Part shown: positions 46,350-51,774 of the stretch, piece by piece
Position numbering within the stretch: the first letter of the stretch is position 1
Layout: each line of letters begins with the position of its first letter
Assembly (NCBI GenBank): GCA_003614675.1
Contig: ML002273.1
Location: forward strand, 1-51,774
Direction: 5' to 3'
DNA from: Dimargaris cristalligena
Taxonomy: Eukaryota
Length of the DNA: 51,774 bases
Notes under the pieces: model-generated
Databases searched by the model: none
Told to the model about the DNA's origin: nothing
What the model saw: the letters and a program-made list of their open reading frames with translations, nothing else
Position numbers and translations under genes: made by a program

Positions 46350-47645
46350 CAGCTGCTGTTTAGAAACAAATGCGTTGTTCCATGTCTCGCACCTTTATGA
46401 ATACTGGTGGCCTTCAGCACAACTGTATAAGTTTTTAGGTGATATATGTAAGTGGTAAATGCACTATCAATATATTTGTGACCAGCAATGTCGGTTTTGT
46501 TGGCTAGTTTTTCATTGGGCTGCCTATATGAGCCTCTCCTATTTAGCCAGAAAAAGGAAATACAGACCACGAGTTTCCCCTTCCCGAAATGACGATTGGG
46601 CATGCTCTGCGGTATTATAACACTTTTTTAACCCCGTCCCTGCGATTCAGGGTGCCGTTTTTTGAATTGGCATGGATCTATCCCCTAAATTGATTAGCCC
46701 TCAGGCAAATCAATCTATGGGTGTAGATCAATTCTTGTATAAATCCACTGAAGCCTCAAAAGCTCTGATGCTTGCATTTGTCACACCTGTGCGAACTCCT
46801 ACGAGTTTCTGACTTCGTAAAGGTGTCCTTATTTATGGTTCCCGTTTCCAAAAAGATTTTCTTATCCGAAAGCCCCGCGTTCTTGAGTTAGTTTGTACTC
46901 TGGTGGAATGGTCTATTTTGGCCAAACTTCGGCAATTGGTTTATCTTCAGTTACGGACGTATCATCCTAATGGACTGCCATTAAAATGGGCCAGTGTGAT
47001 CCAATTGAGCTAAAAAGAATTCAATTGAGGGTTTAAACCTGATTAAGGCAATATTGCGCTCGATGTCCTGTAGCTAAACACATGGTATTGCTCAATCGAA
47101 TTCCCTTCCTAGTTCTTCGATTGACTTTTGAAGTGCCATATATATCGTAAATTCACAAGATCCACGATGGTCCTAAATGGAAACACGGTCCAGAAGATCA
47201 ACATTACTTCCCGTTTTCGTAGTGGTAAGCAAAATACATTTCAACGATTCCAAAATCCCCTAGACATCACAGGTTACACCGGCGCCAATGTCAACAGGCT
47301 TAACTAGGGCCCTAATTACAGTTGCTCCATACTCATCTACGCCAGTAGTGTTTTCAATAGCGCCAACGACTTGCTGAACGTCGGAGTGTTCACCCAGCCG
47401 GGTATTTAATCAGACCAGGCTGCCTGGCATCCCTTATGATTAAACCCTCCTTTATTGGTATTTTCCATATGTTGCCCAAGTTAACCACTCTTAGTCCGTC
47501 AAGAGTCTCGGGGGTAGGCTTCTAATGGTGAGCGGGGTGTTGGACACGGCCAAGCGGGCTACTAGTGTTAGGTACGATGGCTGATACTAACTAAATAAAG
47601 TAAGCGTACTACATATGCAGGGGACGTGCACCGATGCACACTTAC
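46350..47645 (-). pseudogene. Decayed minus-strand gene relic of unknown family
   Basis: TATA-like element at ~47745-47753 and a clean intron 47645-47522 (GTAAGT...CCTAAC...TAG). Downstream is a protein-like frame (LNTRLGEHSDVQQVVGAIENTTGVDEYGATVIRALVKPVDIG...) broken by repeated stops. Confidence 0.35.
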
Positions 47646-48170
47646 TGGTCAGTACTGGGGGGGTGAGCGTATATAGAGTTTATTGGGTAAACTATGGGGG
47701 GTAAGAATAAGCTGAGCTGCTAACCAGTCCCAAGAGGGGCCCGGTTATATATACACCAGGGACTACCCGAGGGGAGGTCCCGGGGGGGAACTACTTAAGA
47801 GGATAACAATAAGGAGAACCCGCTGGTCCTCGGATGAGCGGGGCTTCCATGGGAATTGGAAGGCACTAGGATCACCTAGGAGTGATTAGTGCGAACCCGG
47901 GGAGGTCCAGCCGGTAAGGAGATATCAGTGATGTCCGGCCTTGTTAGGGCCGGGGGTACGATATGGCACTATACAGCCTGCTATGACGGCGATCGTAGCG
48001 GTTGGATTAGGATGGATTAGGAGGGGCGACACCATACTACTCTTACTCGAAACCTGTCATATTACCACTCATTCACAGTTCTTGCCCTCCCATTACCTCC
48101 TAACTTGAATTTATAGTAGTACCACTGTCTTGGTTATCTACTTCCATTACCCTCCCGAAAACACACCACC

Positions 48171-49738
48171 ATGATGTTTATCCGCTACGCCCAATCAGTT
48201 TTCGCTCTCCTGTCCATTTTAGCTGCTTTGACCATTGTCATGATCGAATGCTATCCCATTCCCAACCAAGCCAACTCTGAAAATGCTGTCTACGTTCCTA
48301 GTCTCTTTAAACAAAGCCCGGCCAGAAAATCCGAACTTGAAGATTTAGCCGTTACTACATTCAGCTTTCATCTGGTTGAGGACCATATTAAAATTACCAC
48401 CGTCGGGACTTTAAACATTTTTTGATCATCTTTGCAACCTTATTTATCTTATTTCACTATTATATTCCTTAAAGTGCATTCGAGTGCATTGCCCTACTGT
48501 TCGTTATTATTGTGTACTTATCCATGGTCCAATTAACCTTACTGAATGGGGCTAGATTTCATTGTCAGTTTTGACATGATATTTTGGCCTCTATTCCATT
48601 CCTTGAGTTGGATGACTTGCACCAAATGGTTGGCTTTGCATTACTCCAACCCATGCACCTTTCTTCATCTACAGATGCCACCTTTGTTATCCATGCTGTC
48701 TTGTTATTTTTTCTACGAGTCAAGGGCCAGTAGTAAACACTACAAGCGATATGATTTCTTATAAAAAATGCCTTTACAGAATCTTACAAATTGGAGCTCG
48801 TTTGACACTCAACATATGCCCTTGGTAGGGCTGGGGTGGTCATGGGTGTGATGTATTAGTTATGTGGTAGCACTGTATTGGTGTTATTGCCTGGTGCCAC
48901 ATTAGTGGTAGATAAGCTAACTGAAGGTCCCCTATCACTGCTGATGCTTAGTATCAACCGGGTTTTTGGAGACATGGCACATCCCCTATGGCATGATTCA
49001 AAATGGAGAGTTGATGGAATGGTTAAAGATAAACAATGGGTACGAATTAGGCTTCTGGCCATGTGTGCCGTGTCCTTTATTTATGGTATAAAGTGACAGC
49101 AATACCAGTGGGGGGAAATGTATTCTAGATTATTTTTATGTGAATGAAAACTACTAATCAAGGCTGTATTATCAGTTTATTGTACATAAGAATGCCAATT
49201 GGGCAATATTGATGCAGTGCAGATAAGATTTAAATATTACTGCCTTCTGGATTTCAACTGGACCAAGGTTGAATGGGCTATATACAGCTGCCAAGCATAT
49301 CAGTAGAGACTAACGGGCGGAAAGAAGTTGTGCAGTAGGTATTATACCATACACGGTTCATGTCAAGTTGTGGGCATCGCCAACTAAGGTAGATAACTTC
49401 AATATCCATGAAATATTCGGGGTACCCTTTGGCAATGATGATTTATTTGGGACTGTAGGTTTTGCTCCTACTGACAAGGATCCTACTGGGAGGCGACAAT
49501 GGGAACCCCAGAATTGGACGGGGAACCTGAATTCATTTTGGATATGCAGTTGTGATTGAACAGTGCGAGTATAATACTTACTCATAAAAGTAATATTACG
49601 AAGAATCTAGGTGGAAAAACGATTGTAGTTGCTGTTAGTAACGGCAAAGACAGTAGAACAATATCGAAATTAATAGTACAACATACAGCTTTATTACTCG
49701 TGGCCCTTGGTAGTTTAAACCAAAGCGAGTCTGATTGA
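48171..49738 (+). pseudogene. Probable decayed secreted PA-domain (protease-associated) gene, split by an insert
   Basis: CCACC-ATG signal-peptide ORF at 48171-48425. Branch point and acceptor at 49310-49338, then frameshifted PA-like sequence FGVPFGNDDLFGTV...AVVIEQCEY/THKSNITKNLGGKTIVV. Confidence 0.4.
48522..49282. mobile_element. Putative degenerate transposon relic (CpG-depleted block)
   Basis: Only 6 CpG counted in 48541-49310. Degenerate 15-bp inverted repeats (12/15) at 48522-48536 and 49254-49268. No intact transposase ORF. Confidence 0.4.
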
Positions 49739-50835
49739 AGGGGATAGTTCTAAATTAACAACTCGGGTCTGTCCACGGGCCCCGTCGAATTATGGTTATA
49801 CAAAGAATATCCTAAAAGAAACTCCGTCATGGATTGTTTCGGACTATCAACTGGTATTGACAACACATGGCTATGAATGTCACATTCAGTATATTTGTGC
49901 GATAATTGAGGAAAAAGCCGGGTATACCATTCATATCAACTTTGCACAGCTACTTTTCTGCATCTTTCGCTAGCTTGGCAAATAATAATCCAATCAAAGG
50001 GCGATACTAATGACATTCACAGCCCTGACTATGAATTTAACTAGTGGTAATTCAATCACTCTTAATTATCGTGCATCACGAATAATCAGATGAAATAGGG
50101 TCGCTCTTTCATAGCCCCGGCATTCAAAACAAGACGGCCTTTGCAAGTAATTGGTACCCCGCTGAACTACAGCGGACTGGATGACGCATGGATACAAAGC
50201 CCAAGCTGGGGGGAGTTGTTACTCCTTTTTAACTTTCTTTGTTCGTTTGCACAGTAAAATACTGGGGGTGCCCTATATGACAATTTAACCAATCAGTCGC
50301 AGTTAAAGGAGTAATTATTTAGAAACAATGGTTTAGATAAAGTGTTCGATGCTTATGTGCCAGGTCGTGCTCCTATTCATGCTCCCGAATCAGGGAGAAC
50401 AATGGTAAAATTTTAAATACATTGGCCATCAAGATTAATCATTATATCGCTGAAGGTATTCACGCTATCGCCAGCGAAGGCCATTCGTCATCGACGACTC
50501 CTATTTTCCTGTATCGGACTTCATTATTGGTGGTTACTTTCCACTCCTGGTTTCAGAGGTGAAGGAATAGTGCTTGGTAAGAGCGATGGCTACACCTTCG
50601 TCGTAACAACATGAGTGGATATGGAAATGTTCATTTACGATAAAATCTTTAAAAAATATATTTCCACTAATCCTGCACTATATAGCAATACACATTTTGC
50701 TCCACATAGACCATTTGCTCATCGTTTTTTATACACTTTAACGCGCTATACTACTCTCCATTGCACTCTTTCCTCGCCAACATTATACATACATTGCATA
50801 TTCTCCCCACCCCCCCTCCTGAAGACTTCGTCAAT

Positions 50836-51774
50836 ATGTCCGACGGCTCGATAATCTCTATCAAATCCCCTCTAGTACAGACCAACACAGCATGGACCTC
50901 CTCTCATTCATCCCTGGGCGTGGATCTAGAGGGCATCGATATGAAGATCTACCAACTGAAGCAATTCGAACGTAGGGCCCAGTCCCAGGCCGAGCAGTTC
51001 ATTTGCCAGGCCATGCTGCAACAGATTAACCACGAGGTTAAAGAGGCCCAGCTGTTTGTCGAACGGCTGAAAGCCAAGGGCCTGGCCAGCTTGGGCCGCC
51101 CAACCGGTCCGAGCCTACCATTGTCGCTGGCGCTGTCGAAACCGTTGTATATTTCCCCCGCGGATCCCGCGACTAGTGGCGTCCAACATGAGTTCGTGAC
51201 CAAGAATTCAGAGCTTAACCAATGTATTAGTGAGTGTTTGGCCCAGTGTCGCAGTATCCGGACGGCGCGCGAGGAACGCGAAGCGCAAGAAATCCAACTC
51301 CGCGAACAAGAGCTGAAGGCTGAAGAAGAGCGTATTGCCAAAGCCCAGGAGGCCGCCCAGGCCAGGGCGAACCCTCCTCCACCCGTAGTGGCGACACCAA
51401 CCGCGCTCCCCTCGGCTCCACCTGCAGTCGCCACCCCCGCTCCATCGACCTCAGCCCCGACGCTACAGATTTCGGAAAATGCCCGAGGCGATTACACTAA
51501 ATACCAGGCGTTAATTCAGAACATGAAACATAATATTTACCCCGCTGTAAAGGGTAACCGCGTGCTTTCAAAAACCGCTTTTGACACCAAATTGCGGATT
51601 ATTCCCAAAATTGGCCAATTGACCAACTCCCGGAACGCAATTCTCCGGATCGCAGGTGATATCCACACTGCCATTGAATCAGTGCGAGCCAACGGCGAGG
51701 CACTCTATATCTATATGCTCAATATTACGGCCAAAGGTATCGTAAGGCAAACCGAAGTTGAGGTGGCCGTGCGG
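50836..51774 (+). CDS. GLE1: mRNA export factor GLE1, 3' partial (runs off the window end)
   Basis: Open frame from ATG 50836 to the edge. A coiled coil is followed by GLE1-domain motifs KLRIIPKIGQLTNSRNAILRI and YIYMLNITAKGIVRQTEVEVAVR. Confidence 0.88.
   Translation, partial: MSDGSIISIKSPLVQTNTAWTSSHSSLGVDLEGIDMKIYQLKQFERRAQSQAEQFICQAMLQQINHEVKEAQLFVERLKAKGLASLGRPTGPSLPLSLALSKPLYISPADPATSGVQHEFVTKNSELNQCISECLAQCRSIRTAREEREAQEIQLREQELKAEEERIAKAQEAAQARANPPPPVVATPTALPSAPPAVATPAPSTSAPTLQISENARGDYTKYQALIQNMKHNIYPAVKGNRVLSKTAFDTKLRIIPKIGQLTNSRNAILRIAGDIHTAIESVRANGEALYIYMLNITAKGIVRQTEVEVAVR

Noticed and set aside
50949-51445. Minus-strand ORFs of 161 and 72 aa
   Set aside because: Antisense to the GLE1 coding frame.
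1-51774. tRNA, rRNA, snRNA, CRISPR arrays, intact transposase/RT ORFs, selenoprotein or recoded stops
   Set aside because: No T-loop/cloverleaf, snRNA signature, spaced direct repeats or RT/transposase motifs seen by eye. All intact genes read with the standard code.

Overview
Gene-dense eukaryotic (fungal) nuclear DNA. It has short GT-AG introns with CTAAC-type branch points and (C/G)ACC-ATG start contexts. The protein sequences and intron style suggest an early-diverging fungus, possibly Zoopagomycota/Dimargaris-like (inference, not verified). About 20 coding genes can be reconstructed, mostly housekeeping: PPR-like protein (partial), YEA4, YJU2, a DHA1-type MFS transporter, GPI8, MRPS17, eIF4G, WDR70, an orphan secreted protein, a 5-exon coiled-coil protein, tandem proteasome alpha2/alpha3 (PRE8/PRE9), TFIIA-gamma, NDUFA5, PAM17, URA5, 9-exon PEX10, an EF-hand MscS channel, LEO1 and GLE1 (partial). 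I found no tRNA, rRNA, CRISPR array or intact transposon. Three signals stand out. (1) A highly structured ~275-nt element (24135-24409) lies upstream of the orphan secreted gene; its closing helix pairs up both splice sites of a putative cassette exon that would add an in-frame N-terminal extension. (2) PRE8 and PRE9 are adjacent and share an upstream 11-mer. (3) 46.3-49.7 kb holds decayed gene relics, including a probable secreted PA-domain pseudogene split by a strongly CpG-depleted insert. All gene models are manual and unvalidated by RNA data.
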